A model generated the notes under the pieces. It was not told the DNA's origin, did not search any database, and was given only the letters and a program-made list of their open reading frames with translations. This document shows positions 9,775 through 18,499 of a DNA stretch of 64,000 bases, piece after piece. Position numbers and translations under genes: made by a program. The number at the start of each line of letters is the position of its first letter. Positions within the stretch are counted from its first letter, which is position 1. This DNA is from Clostridiales bacterium UBA7044 (GTDB lineage: Bacteria; Bacillota; Clostridia; Oscillospirales; Oscillospiraceae), in assembly GCA_002493965.1 (NCBI GenBank), contig DLAP01000022.1:11621-75620 (forward strand), read 5' to 3'.

Positions 9775-10005
9775 TTAATCCACGATCTCGACCGTGACCT
9801 TCTCGCCAGTGCGCTGGGCTACAGTCTTAATAATGGTACGGATCTCTTTGGCGATCCGTCCCTGGCGGCCGATCACCTTGCCCATGTCACCCTCGGCAAC
9901 ACGCAGCTCCAGCACCTTGCCGTCCTCATTTTCGATTTCGGTAACGGTGACTGCCTCAGGATCATCCACCAGATTCTTTGCCATATACAGCAAAAGTTCT
10001 TTCAT
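9775..10005 (-). CDS. khpA: KH-domain RNA-binding protein
   Basis: DMGKVIGRQGRIAK; follows rpsP. Confidence 0.93.
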   Translation of the reverse strand: MKELLLYMAKNLVDDPEAVTVTEIENEDGKVLELRVAEGDMGKVIGRQGRIAKEIRTIIKTVAQRTGEKVTVEIVD

Positions 10006-10027
10006 GTGGCCTGTCTCCTTTGGGGTC

Positions 10028-10267
10028 TTACAGCACGCCGGCGCTCTTCAGCAGGCCGCGAACGGTATCAGTGGGCTGTGCGCCGTTCTTGATCCAGTTC
10101 TGAGCCTTCTCAGCGTCAACAGTGATGGTAGCGGGCTGGGTCAGGGGATTGTAGGTACCGATCTCCTCAATGCAGCGGCCATCACGGGGAGAACGGGAAT
10201 CCGCCACAACAATGCGGTAGTAGGGGTTCTTCTTGGCGCCCATTCTTCTCAGTCTGATTTTCACCAT
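10028..10267 (-). CDS. rpsP: 30S ribosomal protein S16
   Basis: [30 protein letters not shown]. Confidence 0.98.
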   Translation of the reverse strand: MVKIRLRRMGAKKNPYYRIVVADSRSPRDGRCIEEIGTYNPLTQPATITVDAEKAQNWIKNGAQPTDTVRGLLKSAGVL

Positions 10268-10346
10268 GAGAGTTTCACCTCCATAAATTTAATAAATAAT
10301 CTATATCGCAAAGCAATTTGCTTAGAGCGAACAACTTCTGCTTCCC

Positions 10347-11699
10347 TTAGAACCCGGGGAAGCCGCCGCCAAAACCGCCCATGCGGCTCATACGCTTCAT
10401 TTTCTTGCCCACACCGGGGCCGGAGAACTGCTTCATGAGCTTTCGCATCTGCTCGAAGGACTTGAGCAGACGGTTCACGTCCTCCACCTTTAATCCCGCA
10501 CCGGCGGCAATCCGTTTCTTCCGGCTTCCGCCGATGATTTCCGGCTTTTCCCGCTCCTTGGGGGTCATGGAAAGGATGATGGCCTCCGTATGGGCCATGG
10601 CTTTGGGATCCAGCTTGACGCCTTTCAGGTTCGCGCCGCCGGGCATCTGAGAAAGGATCTCCTCCATGGACCCCATGGACTTCATCTGCACCATCTGGTC
10701 ATAGAAATCCTGTAGAGTAAACTTGTTGGACCGGAGTTTTTTCTCCATCTCGGCGGCTTTTTTCTCATCGTAAGCCTTTTCCGCCTTCTCGATGAGAGTC
10801 AGCATGTCGCCCATCCCCAAAATCCGGTTTGCCATCCGGTCCGGATGGAAGGGCTCGATGTCCTCCAGCTTTTCACCGATACCGGCGAATTTAATGGGTT
10901 TTCCGGTGACAGCCCGAACAGACAGCGCCGCGCCGCCTCTGGCGTCGCCGTCCAATTTGCTCAGCATGACAGAATCAATATCCAGCCATTCATTGAAGCT
11001 TTGGGCAGCATTCACCGCGTCCTGGCCGGTCATGGCATCCACCACCAGCATGATTTCGTCGGGCTTTACGGCGGCCTTGATGTTCTTCAGCTCGTTCATC
11101 AGGGCTTCGTCCACATGGAGCCGTCCGGCGGTGTCCAGAAACACCATGTCATAGCCCCGCTGACGGGCGTATAGCACCGCCTCCTTGGCGGTTTTTACAG
11201 GGTCCTGGGTTCCCTTCTCAAAGACGGGAATGCCCAGCTTTTCTCCGCAGACCTGCAGCTGTGTGATTGCCGCAGGGCGGTAAATATCGCAGGCCACCAG
11301 CAGGGGATTTCTGCCCTGGCGCTTTTGCAGCCCAGCCAGCTTGCTGCCATTGGTGGTTTTACCCGCGCCCTGGAGGCCCACCAGCATAACCACAGTGGGG
11401 CCGTTGGGATTGATATTCAGGTGCTTGACGCTGCTGCCCATGAGCTTGCACAGCTCCTCGTTGACGATCTTCACGATCATCTGGGCAGGAGTCAGGGATT
11501 CCAGCACGTCGGCGCCTACGCAGCGCTCGGTAACGGATTTCACGAAATCCTTTGTCACCTTGTAGCTGACATCCGCTTCCAGCAGCGCCATGCGGATCTC
11601 CCGCATAGCCTCCTTCACATCCGCTTCTTTCAGGCGTCCCTTGCCCCGAAGCTTCTTGAAGGTGGCGGAAATCTTTTCAGTTAAGCCTTCAAATGCCAT
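10347..11699 (-). CDS. ffh: Signal recognition particle protein
   Basis: GLQGAGKTT, DTAGR, KLDGDARGGAALS, M-rich C-domain. Confidence 0.98.
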   Translation of the reverse strand: MAFEGLTEKISATFKKLRGKGRLKEADVKEAMREIRMALLEADVSYKVTKDFVKSVTERCVGADVLESLTPAQMIVKIVNEELCKLMGSSVKHLNINPNGPTVVMLVGLQGAGKTTNGSKLAGLQKRQGRNPLLVACDIYRPAAITQLQVCGEKLGIPVFEKGTQDPVKTAKEAVLYARQRGYDMVFLDTAGRLHVDEALMNELKNIKAAVKPDEIMLVVDAMTGQDAVNAAQSFNEWLDIDSVMLSKLDGDARGGAALSVRAVTGKPIKFAGIGEKLEDIEPFHPDRMANRILGMGDMLTLIEKAEKAYDEKKAAEMEKKLRSNKFTLQDFYDQMVQMKSMGSMEEILSQMPGGANLKGVKLDPKAMAHTEAIILSMTPKEREKPEIIGGSRKKRIAAGAGLKVEDVNRLLKSFEQMRKLMKQFSGPGVGKKMKRMSRMGGFGGGFPGF

Positions 11700-11701
11700 A
11701 G

Positions 11702-12046
11702 CTACTCCTTAAGCGCGTTCGCAGCGGCTTTGATCCGCTGAGAAATGGTGCCTGCCTCCCGATTGGACAGCTTGTCCAGTTCCTCCGCCGCGTCCAGGAT
11801 TTCCCGGACAGCCCCACGAACTGCCCTGTCCCGCCGAACAGCGCCAATATTTTCTTCCATCCGGCGAAGGAGGGCTTCCGTCCTGACCAGGTTATCATAC
11901 ACCGCCTGGCGGCTGACCCCCTGGGCTTCGGCGATCTCCCCCAGGGACAGGTCCTGATTATAGCGCATATCGAAGCATTCCTTCTGCTTCTCGGTGAGCA
12001 TACCGCCGTAGTAGTCCAGCAGCAGCGCCATTTCCAGTGCGTCCAT
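11702..12046 (-). CDS. ylxM: YlxM-family DNA-binding protein
   Basis: LLDYYGGMLTEKQ, DLSLGEIAE, SRQAVYD; upstream of ffh. Confidence 0.93.
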   Translation of the reverse strand: MDALEMALLLDYYGGMLTEKQKECFDMRYNQDLSLGEIAEAQGVSRQAVYDNLVRTEALLRRMEENIGAVRRDRAVRGAVREILDAAEELDKLSNREAGTISQRIKAAANALKE

Positions 12047-12090
12047 CCGGTGTCTCCCCCTGTCAAGGCTTTGTCCTTGAAGCCTTGGGT

Positions 12091-12119
12091 ATTATAACAT
12101 ACCACCTGGCCAGTGTCAA
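12091..12119 (-). promoter_or_regulatory. Consensus SigA promoter of ylxM-ffh
   Basis: TTGACA-N17-TATAAT on the minus strand. Confidence 0.85.
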
Positions 12120-12144
12120 GTATTTTTCCTGCACAGGGGAAAAT

Positions 12145-12783
12145 TTATAGGGAATACCACCGGGACCGCTCCCCGGTTTTCAGGAAACCCAGCCGTTCAT
12201 ACAACCGGATGGCTCTTTCATTGGTGGACGCCACCTCCAGAGTCATGGGATCCCCCTCCACCAGGGACATGAGGGTGTGCATCACCGTCTCTCCCTTTCC
12301 CTTTTCCGCTGCCACAGCCAGGAGTTCACAGTCGTTAAGCCATCCGATACCCAGGAGTTTTCCCTCCCGATGGACGAAGTAGGCCCCGGGCTTTTCAAGG
12401 ATCGCTTTGTCGTCCCGGGCTTCCAATGTCGCGGCATTGTCAATGCCTGTCATCCGTTCATTATAATATTCCCGCCACCGCTGCGCCGTGGCCTCCGTCA
12501 CCGGAAACAGACAAGCGAGCTTCTCCCGGTCTACCCAGGCTGTGGCCTGCATTTGCAGCACGGCGGTGTGCAGCGGGTAACGCGCCAGCCCCTCATGTCC
12601 CGTAGCGTAGATCTTCTCTGCTCCCGCCGCCCGGCAGAAATCCACGCACTCCCGGAGATGGGCATCGAAGCCCTCGGGCTGTGCCTCCCGGATGGTGATG
12701 TAGGCTGTTTTTCGGTAAGGGATCTCCTTCAGCACCAGGCTGGAAACCCCGTTTTCTGTTGTAAAAAACGGAAAACTCTGCAT
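12145..12783 (-). CDS. GNAT-family acetyltransferase
   Basis: C-terminal LEVASTNERAIRLYERLGF; start MQSF with AAGGAGG RBS. Confidence 0.8.
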   Translation of the reverse strand: MQSFPFFTTENGVSSLVLKEIPYRKTAYITIREAQPEGFDAHLRECVDFCRAAGAEKIYATGHEGLARYPLHTAVLQMQATAWVDREKLACLFPVTEATAQRWREYYNERMTGIDNAATLEARDDKAILEKPGAYFVHREGKLLGIGWLNDCELLAVAAEKGKGETVMHTLMSLVEGDPMTLEVASTNERAIRLYERLGFLKTGERSRWYSL

Positions 12784-12960
12784 AGTTTCCCCCTCCTTTT
12801 CCCTTAGGATAGCATCTTTACGAATATTCCGCAAGGCTTTTTCCCAAATTCTCCCCATTTTCTTTGTGCAAAATCACAGGAAACTACCGGTCCTGTTCCA
12901 CAGAAAATTTCATCATCCCACAAACATTTTATGAAAATAGCCAAAGTGGCCGATTTCGTG

Positions 12961-12988
12961 TTGATTTCCGGATTTTTTCGTGTATAAT
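12961..12988 (+). promoter_or_regulatory. SigA promoter of 76-aa gene
   Basis: TTGATT-N16-TATAAT. Confidence 0.55.
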
Positions 12989-13026
12989 TACCGTCATAGC
13001 AATCAACCGGAAAGGAGGACAACATC

Positions 13027-13257
13027 ATGAAGAAGATCATCTGTAAGAAGGAGTATGACACCGAGACCGCTACTCTGATCAAGAAGTACACCTGCGGCAA
13101 TCTGGGCGATCCCACCGGCTATGAGGAAGATCTGTTCCAGACCCCCGAGGGCCTGTACTTCCTGTACGGCGTTGGCGGCGAAAGCTCCCTCTATCCCACC
13201 GAGGACATCAAGCGTATGGCCAAGGGTAAGGTCAACGAGTGGATCGAGAATCACTAA
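13027..13257 (+). CDS. Small hypothetical protein, 76 aa
   Basis: AAAGGAGG RBS, codon usage like the ribosomal protein genes, own promoter and terminator. Confidence 0.85.
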   Translation: MKKIICKKEYDTETATLIKKYTCGNLGDPTGYEEDLFQTPEGLYFLYGVGGESSLYPTEDIKRMAKGKVNEWIENH

Positions 13258-13267
13258 TCGCATACAT

Positions 13268-13306
13268 AAAACGGGCCTGCTTTTCGCAGGCTCGTTTTTC
13301 TTTTTC
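13268..13306 (+). terminator. Intrinsic terminator
   Basis: AAAACGGGCCTGC-TTTTC-GCAGGCTCGTTTTTCTTTTT. Confidence 0.8.
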
Positions 13307-13381
13307 GGAAACAACGCCCGATCCCTTGACAACTGTGATATGCTAAAAGGTAGATAATGAAAGTGTTTGGGACTGAACAAT

Positions 13382-14275
13382 ATGAAAAAGATTTTACCCT
13401 TTCTCCTGCTTTTCTCCTTCCTGCTGACCGCCTGCGGGCAGCCAGGGCCTCCCGCTCAGGTTGCCGCCACCACCCTGCCCGTGTATGACTTCACCGTCCG
13501 GCTGTGCCAGGGGACAGGCATTACCGTCACCCGGCTGGTGACGGAGCAGGTGTCCTGCCTTCACGACTATTCCCTGAATGTCCGACAGGTAAAGGCCGCC
13601 GAGGCGGCGGAGCTGGTGGTGATTTCCGGGGCCGGGCTGGAAAATTTTCTGGGTGACATTCTGGAAGACCGCCCCATCGTGGACGCTTCCCAGGGCATCG
13701 ATCTGTTGTGCGGTGAGGAAGAACACCATCACGAGGGGCACCACCATGAGGGGCACCACCATGACGTGGATCCCCACATCTGGCTCTCCCCGTTGGATGC
13801 TAAAATCATGGCAGGAAATATCTGCGAGGGCTTAATCGGGCAGTACCCGAAGCACGCGGATACCTTCCGGGAAAACCTTACCTCCCTTCGAGCAGATCTG
13901 GACACGCTGTATGACTACGGCTGCGGCAGCCTTTCCGACCTTCGCTGCCGGGATCTGATCACCTTCCACGACGGCTTTTCCTATTTTGCAAGCTGCTTTG
14001 ATCTGACGATTGTAGAGGCGGTGGAAGAGGAATCCGGTCGGGAAGCCTCCGCCCAGGAACTGATTCAGCTGATCCGGGAGACGGAAGAACACAACCTGCC
14101 TGCCATTTTCACGGAGAAAAACGGCAGCGTATCCGCCGCCCAGATCATTTCTCGGGAAACGAGCTGCGGCGTCTATTGCCTGGACATGGCCATGTCAGGA
14201 GACGGCTGCCCGGGAGACAGCTACTTTGAAGCCATGTATCAAAATATCAACACCGTTCGGGAGGCACTGCAATGA
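13382..14275 (+). CDS. znuA: Zn/Mn ABC transporter substrate-binding lipoprotein
   Basis: Lipobox LTAC, LHDY, His-rich loop, DPHIWLSP, HDGFSYF. Confidence 0.9.
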   Translation: MKKILPFLLLFSFLLTACGQPGPPAQVAATTLPVYDFTVRLCQGTGITVTRLVTEQVSCLHDYSLNVRQVKAAEAAELVVISGAGLENFLGDILEDRPIVDASQGIDLLCGEEEHHHEGHHHEGHHHDVDPHIWLSPLDAKIMAGNICEGLIGQYPKHADTFRENLTSLRADLDTLYDYGCGSLSDLRCRDLITFHDGFSYFASCFDLTIVEAVEEESGREASAQELIQLIRETEEHNLPAIFTEKNGSVSAAQIISRETSCGVYCLDMAMSGDGCPGDSYFEAMYQNINTVREALQ

Positions 14276-15024
14276 ATCTGCATTATCAAGACGGCTCCTG
14301 CGGCCATTCCTGCTGCCTTCGGGTGGAGCATCTGGGCGTCCGCATCGGCACGGAACAAATTTTGACGGACGTGAATCTCCATGTCCACTGCGGCCAGATG
14401 GTGGCCCTCATCGGCCCCAACGGTGCGGGCAAGTCCACCCTTTTGAAGGCCATCCTGGGTCAGCGGGAATACGACGGCGTCATTGCTTTTACAGAGCCGG
14501 GCCAGCGAAGCAAAAAGCCCCTCATCGGCTATGTACCTCAAAGCCCCGCCTTTGATCCCAGTGACCCGGTATCCGTTTCCGACCTGTTTGCCTGCTGCAT
14601 GAGCAAGCGCCCCGCCTTTTTAGGGCTGGGAAAAGCCATGCGTCAGACGGTATTGGAGTGCCTGGAGCGGGTTCACGGGGAAGCCCTGATCGATAAGCGG
14701 GTGGGCACCCTGTCCGGCGGAGAATTACAGCGGGTACTGCTGGCCCTGGCACTGGAGCCGATCCCCAATATTCTGATTCTGGACGAGCCTCTGTCCGGCG
14801 TGGACGTGGAGGGCATGACCATGCTGATGGATATGCTGGACGAGATCCGGCACAATTATGACCTGTCCATTCTCATGACCACTCACGACTTTTCCCTTCT
14901 TCCCAAGTACGCAGACCTGGCCGTGCTCATTGACCGGGGCATCCGCATCCAGGGCAGCCCGGAAATGGTGCTGTCGTCTCCGGAGTTCAACCAGGTTTTC
15001 CACATGAAAGGAGGGGCACTATGA
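14272..15024 (+). CDS. znuC: Metal ABC transporter ATP-binding protein
   Basis: GPNGAGKST, YVPQ, LSGGELQR, LDEP, THD. Confidence 0.9.
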   Translation: MNLHYQDGSCGHSCCLRVEHLGVRIGTEQILTDVNLHVHCGQMVALIGPNGAGKSTLLKAILGQREYDGVIAFTEPGQRSKKPLIGYVPQSPAFDPSDPVSVSDLFACCMSKRPAFLGLGKAMRQTVLECLERVHGEALIDKRVGTLSGGELQRVLLALALEPIPNILILDEPLSGVDVEGMTMLMDMLDEIRHNYDLSILMTTHDFSLLPKYADLAVLIDRGIRIQGSPEMVLSSPEFNQVFHMKGGAL

Positions 15025-15860
15025 GCCTTTGGTACGGATTTTGCAATCTGCTTCCCTTTGAAATGCTCCACTGGACGTTCATGCGCAACGCCCTCCTGGC
15101 GCTGCTGCTGATGGGGCCGCTCTTCGGCCTTCTCTCTACCATGATCGTCACCGGCCGCATGAGCTTCTTCTCTGACGCTTTGGGCCACTCCGCCTTTACC
15201 GGCATTGCCATCGGCGCTATCTGCGGCATGGCGGCCCCCACCTGGGCGGCGGTAGGCTTCAGCGTCGCCTTCGCCCTCCTGTTCTCCTGGGTGCGAAGCC
15301 GCAGCAATCAGGCGGCGGACACCCTGATCGGCGTTTTTTCCAGTAGCGCCGTGGCTCTGGGCATTTTCGTCGCTACCCTGGGCGGCGGAAGCTTCACCAA
15401 ATACAATCAGTATCTCATCGGCGATGTGCTTTCTGTATCTCCTGGGGAAATCGGCGTTCTGGCCCTCACGCTGCTGGCCGTCCTGGTCTTCTGGGGCTTT
15501 TTTGCCAACCGGCTGACCCTGACCGCCATTCATCCCCAGCTGGCCTCCTCCCGGGGCATTCCCGTGGGGCTTTCTCAGACCCTGTTTACCGTAGCCATTG
15601 CCGTGGTCGTGACCCTGAGCATTTCCAGCGTGGGTCTGCTGATCCTCAATTCTCTGCTGGTACTGCCTGCCGCTGCCGCCCGGAATGTAGCCCGGAATCT
15701 GCGGCAGTATCACATCTGCTCCGTGGTCTTCGCTTTGGCTGCAGGGATCGGCGGCCTGACGGTTTCCTACTATTTAGGCTGCTCCGCCGGAGCCGCCATC
15801 AGTCTGCTTCTGGCCCTTGTGTTCGTGATTACCTTCTGCCTGCGGAAAAAGAGGGCCTGA
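15021..15860 (+). CDS. znuB: Metal ABC transporter permease
   Basis: SFFSDALGHSA, YLIGDVL, VLPAAAA. Confidence 0.9.
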   Translation: MSLWYGFCNLLPFEMLHWTFMRNALLALLLMGPLFGLLSTMIVTGRMSFFSDALGHSAFTGIAIGAICGMAAPTWAAVGFSVAFALLFSWVRSRSNQAADTLIGVFSSSAVALGIFVATLGGGSFTKYNQYLIGDVLSVSPGEIGVLALTLLAVLVFWGFFANRLTLTAIHPQLASSRGIPVGLSQTLFTVAIAVVVTLSISSVGLLILNSLLVLPAAAARNVARNLRQYHICSVVFALAAGIGGLTVSYYLGCSAGAAISLLLALVFVITFCLRKKRA

Positions 15861-15861
15861 T

Positions 15862-16542
15862 ATGAAAGCAACGATTCAGGCCATCGCCCATATGCGAAGC
15901 GACTTCCCCACCAAGTTTGGCATTCCCCGCCAAAGCGGACTGGTAGAGGAGCTTCGGTCCACCATCGTATTTGAACCGGAATACCGGAATCCTGACGCTC
16001 TCCGGGGCATTGAAGACTTCTCTCACCTGTGGCTCATCTGGCAGTTCTCCGAGGCGGTGCGGCAGGGCTGGTCCCCCACGGTGCGCCCGCCCAGACTGGG
16101 CGGAAACACCCGCATGGGCGTGTTTGCCACCCGCTCCCCCTTCCGCCCCAATAACCTAGGGCTGTCCAGCGTCCGTCTCCTGGGGGTGGAGCGCACGGAA
16201 GAGTACGGAACCGTCCTCCATGTAGGCGGCGCGGACCTGATGGACGGCACACCCATCTTTGATATCAAACCCTACATTCCCTACGGGGACTGCCACCCCG
16301 GCGCCACCGGCGGCTTTACCGATCAGGCAAAGGACTTTCTCCTGGAAGTGGATTTTTCCCCTGCCCTTTTGGGAAAGCTCCCGGAAGAGAAACAGGAAGC
16401 CGCCCTGGGCGTTTTATCCCATGATCCCCGGCCTTCCTACCAGCGAGATCCCAAACGGGTCTACGGACTGACCTTCGCCGGATTTGACATTCGCTTTACG
16501 GTGCGGGAAAACAAATTAACGGTGGTGGAAGTAAACGCGTAA
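15862..16542 (+). CDS. tsaA: tRNA (N6-threonylcarbamoyladenosine37)-methyltransferase TsaA/TrmO
   Basis: KFGIPRQ, GVFATRSPFRPN, DGTPIFDIKPY, DPRPSY. Confidence 0.93.
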   Translation: MKATIQAIAHMRSDFPTKFGIPRQSGLVEELRSTIVFEPEYRNPDALRGIEDFSHLWLIWQFSEAVRQGWSPTVRPPRLGGNTRMGVFATRSPFRPNNLGLSSVRLLGVERTEEYGTVLHVGGADLMDGTPIFDIKPYIPYGDCHPGATGGFTDQAKDFLLEVDFSPALLGKLPEEKQEAALGVLSHDPRPSYQRDPKRVYGLTFAGFDIRFTVRENKLTVVEVNA

Positions 16543-16585
16543 CCCCCGCCGCTGGCCAAACCTGTTTTTGAAAAGGAGACAGTAA

Positions 16586-17044
16586 ATGGAAATTGCGCTT
16601 GCCGGACATCAGGATCTTGACGATTGGATGATGCTTGTCAGCAAGGTAAAGGACCGCTTTCCCGGACTGGAAACCCATCAGGCCATGGTTGAACACAGGC
16701 GTACGGTTCTGACATTCATCCGCAAAGATTCCGCGATCTGTGCCAAAAGTGAGGGAAAGCTTGTTGGAACCTTGCTGTTTTCAAAAGAAGTAAGCCAGCT
16801 CTGTTTTTTAGCGGTTGATCCCGATTACCGCAGACAGCATATTGCGGAAAACATGGTTTCCTACATGCTCACGCTTCTGCCTTCGCAGCAGGATGTTACC
16901 GTCACCACATACCGTGCAGATGTTCCGGAAGGCATTGCCGCAAGAGCATTCTATCAGCATTTTGGCTTTGTGGAAGGCAGGCTGACAGAAGAATTTGGAA
17001 GTCCTGTTCAGGAATTTGTTTTAAAACGGTGCATTCCCCATTAA
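16586..17044 (+). CDS. GNAT-family acetyltransferase
   Basis: LAVDPDYRRQHIA, ARAFYQHFGF. Confidence 0.85.
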   Translation: MEIALAGHQDLDDWMMLVSKVKDRFPGLETHQAMVEHRRTVLTFIRKDSAICAKSEGKLVGTLLFSKEVSQLCFLAVDPDYRRQHIAENMVSYMLTLLPSQQDVTVTTYRADVPEGIAARAFYQHFGFVEGRLTEEFGSPVQEFVLKRCIPH

Positions 17045-17138
17045 AGGTACAGCAGTCATTTCCCGTCCTTCAAAAGTGGAAAGGCGCAAAAGCATGATTT
17101 TGATTTCTCTATGGCTTGCAATTTCTTCTATCCGGTGC

Positions 17139-17305
17139 TAAGGCAGCACCCCACAATGGGGCAAGAGCTTTCGACGAGAGATTTTACCCCAGACGAAAGT
17201 CCCCAAAGTGCGGGAATACTGGATGTATTTCCCACTTTGGGGACTGCGCGGATGGGGCAAAAGATCCGTCGAAAGCCGCCGCTCCCATTGTGCGGTGTTG
17301 CCCTA
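17139..17305. mobile_element. MITE-like long palindromic element
   Basis: Imperfect terminal inverted repeats TAAGGCAGCACC..ACAATGGG / CCCATTGT..GGTGTTGCCCTA, two further nested stems, TA at both ends. Confidence 0.65.
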
Positions 17306-17338
17306 AAATAGAATAAACAGACACAGAAGGAGAAAAAC

Positions 17339-17689
17339 ATGGAAAAGCTATCCAAAACCGCCATCATCTCATTGGGAATCAGCCTGCTTTCCCTGGCACT
17401 TTTTATTTCCGTTTTTTATAATTTCAACCTGCTCATTCCCTGGATCATCGTCAGCATCGTGGCAGCCTTCTTCCCCTTCTATTCCAAGTACCGCCGCATG
17501 AGAAGCGGAACCCGGGGAAAGGGGCTGGAGATTGCCGCCTTTGTCATCGGTATGTTTGCGCTTTACTTTATCCTTTTCTTCGGAGTCGGGCTCCAATCCA
17601 TCCTTTTGGATATTGTAATTCTCATTATCTGCCTTCTTTATTGGAAGCTGTTCAACAAGGTCACGCCCAAGGACAGCGATATGGAATAG
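17339..17689 (+). CDS. Hypothetical 4-TM membrane protein
   Basis: AAGGAG RBS; hydrophobic segments. Confidence 0.75.
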   Translation: MEKLSKTAIISLGISLLSLALFISVFYNFNLLIPWIIVSIVAAFFPFYSKYRRMRSGTRGKGLEIAAFVIGMFALYFILFFGVGLQSILLDIVILIICLLYWKLFNKVTPKDSDME

Positions 17690-17725
17690 AAAAGAGACAC
17701 GGTTTCGTCCGTGTCTCTCTTTTTT
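17689..17725. terminator. Bidirectional terminator
   Basis: AAAAGAGACACGG-TTTCGT-CCGTGTCTCTCTTTTTT. Confidence 0.8.
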
Positions 17726-17753
17726 GCAGATTGGTCCCATCGGAAATGCGGAA

Positions 17754-18482
17754 TCAAAGCATTGCCATATCCAGCATTTCCCCGTTTTCCGTCAGCTTTT
17801 CCAGAATCCCGTCGGTGATCCGGTAGCCTTCCCCATACAGCACAAGCACATTTTCATCCTGATAGAAAAAGCTGCCATCGGGAATGGCGAAGAAGTCGTT
17901 TCCGATGCTGTCCTCATAGGTGATGTCCTCAAACAGCCGCTTCCCATCCAGAATGCTATCCTTCACCTTCTGATAGTGGGGAAGTACATTCACGCTTGTC
18001 AGATTCAGCCCCGGCAGCCAGCGGGGAAAATCCGGGTCAGATTCCCCTTCTTCCTCCGGCTGGGCGTAGACATATTCTGGGCAGTTCATAGAACCAGCAC
18101 TGATGCCCATGACCACCCCGTCCCAGTCTTCCAGTAATTCCCGAAGGCGGATATCCTGAAAGAAAGCGTTCTGGGTGGGCACATGGCCTCCGCTCAGGAC
18201 CAGGAAGTTGGCATCCTGTACCAGTTCCAGGGCCTCGTCCCGGTTCGTCCCATCCAAAACCTGGAAGCTCTCAAAAAAGATGCCCTTCTGGGCAAAGGCC
18301 ATGAACAGCTCAGCGCCGAACCGGCAAACAAGGTCGTGACGCTCCGGGTCCGCTGCCACGAAGAGACACCGTGGAAAGGTTGGCAGGACCTCCCGGATCC
18401 GGTCTACAAAACCGTTGGCGTCCGATAAAATAGGTCTGTCCGCGTCCTGTACAAAGGGGCTGCTGGTCAAAAACAAGGTCAT
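17754..18482 (-). CDS. Peptidase S51 (dipeptidase E-like, class I GATase fold)
   Basis: LFLTSS, LSGGH, GISAGS nucleophile, VLPHY. Confidence 0.82.
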   Translation of the reverse strand: MTLFLTSSPFVQDADRPILSDANGFVDRIREVLPTFPRCLFVAADPERHDLVCRFGAELFMAFAQKGIFFESFQVLDGTNRDEALELVQDANFLVLSGGHVPTQNAFFQDIRLRELLEDWDGVVMGISAGSMNCPEYVYAQPEEEGESDPDFPRWLPGLNLTSVNVLPHYQKVKDSILDGKRLFEDITYEDSIGNDFFAIPDGSFFYQDENVLVLYGEGYRITDGILEKLTENGEMLDMAML

Positions 18483-18499
18483 AGCTTTACCTCAAGCTT

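Noticed and set aside
13320..13380. Zur/Fur box upstream of znuA
   Set aside because: Only a half-site-like GATAATGA is visible; no convincing palindrome
17111..17367. Three short ORFs over the palindromic element
   Set aside because: No RBS; explained by the GC-rich inverted repeat
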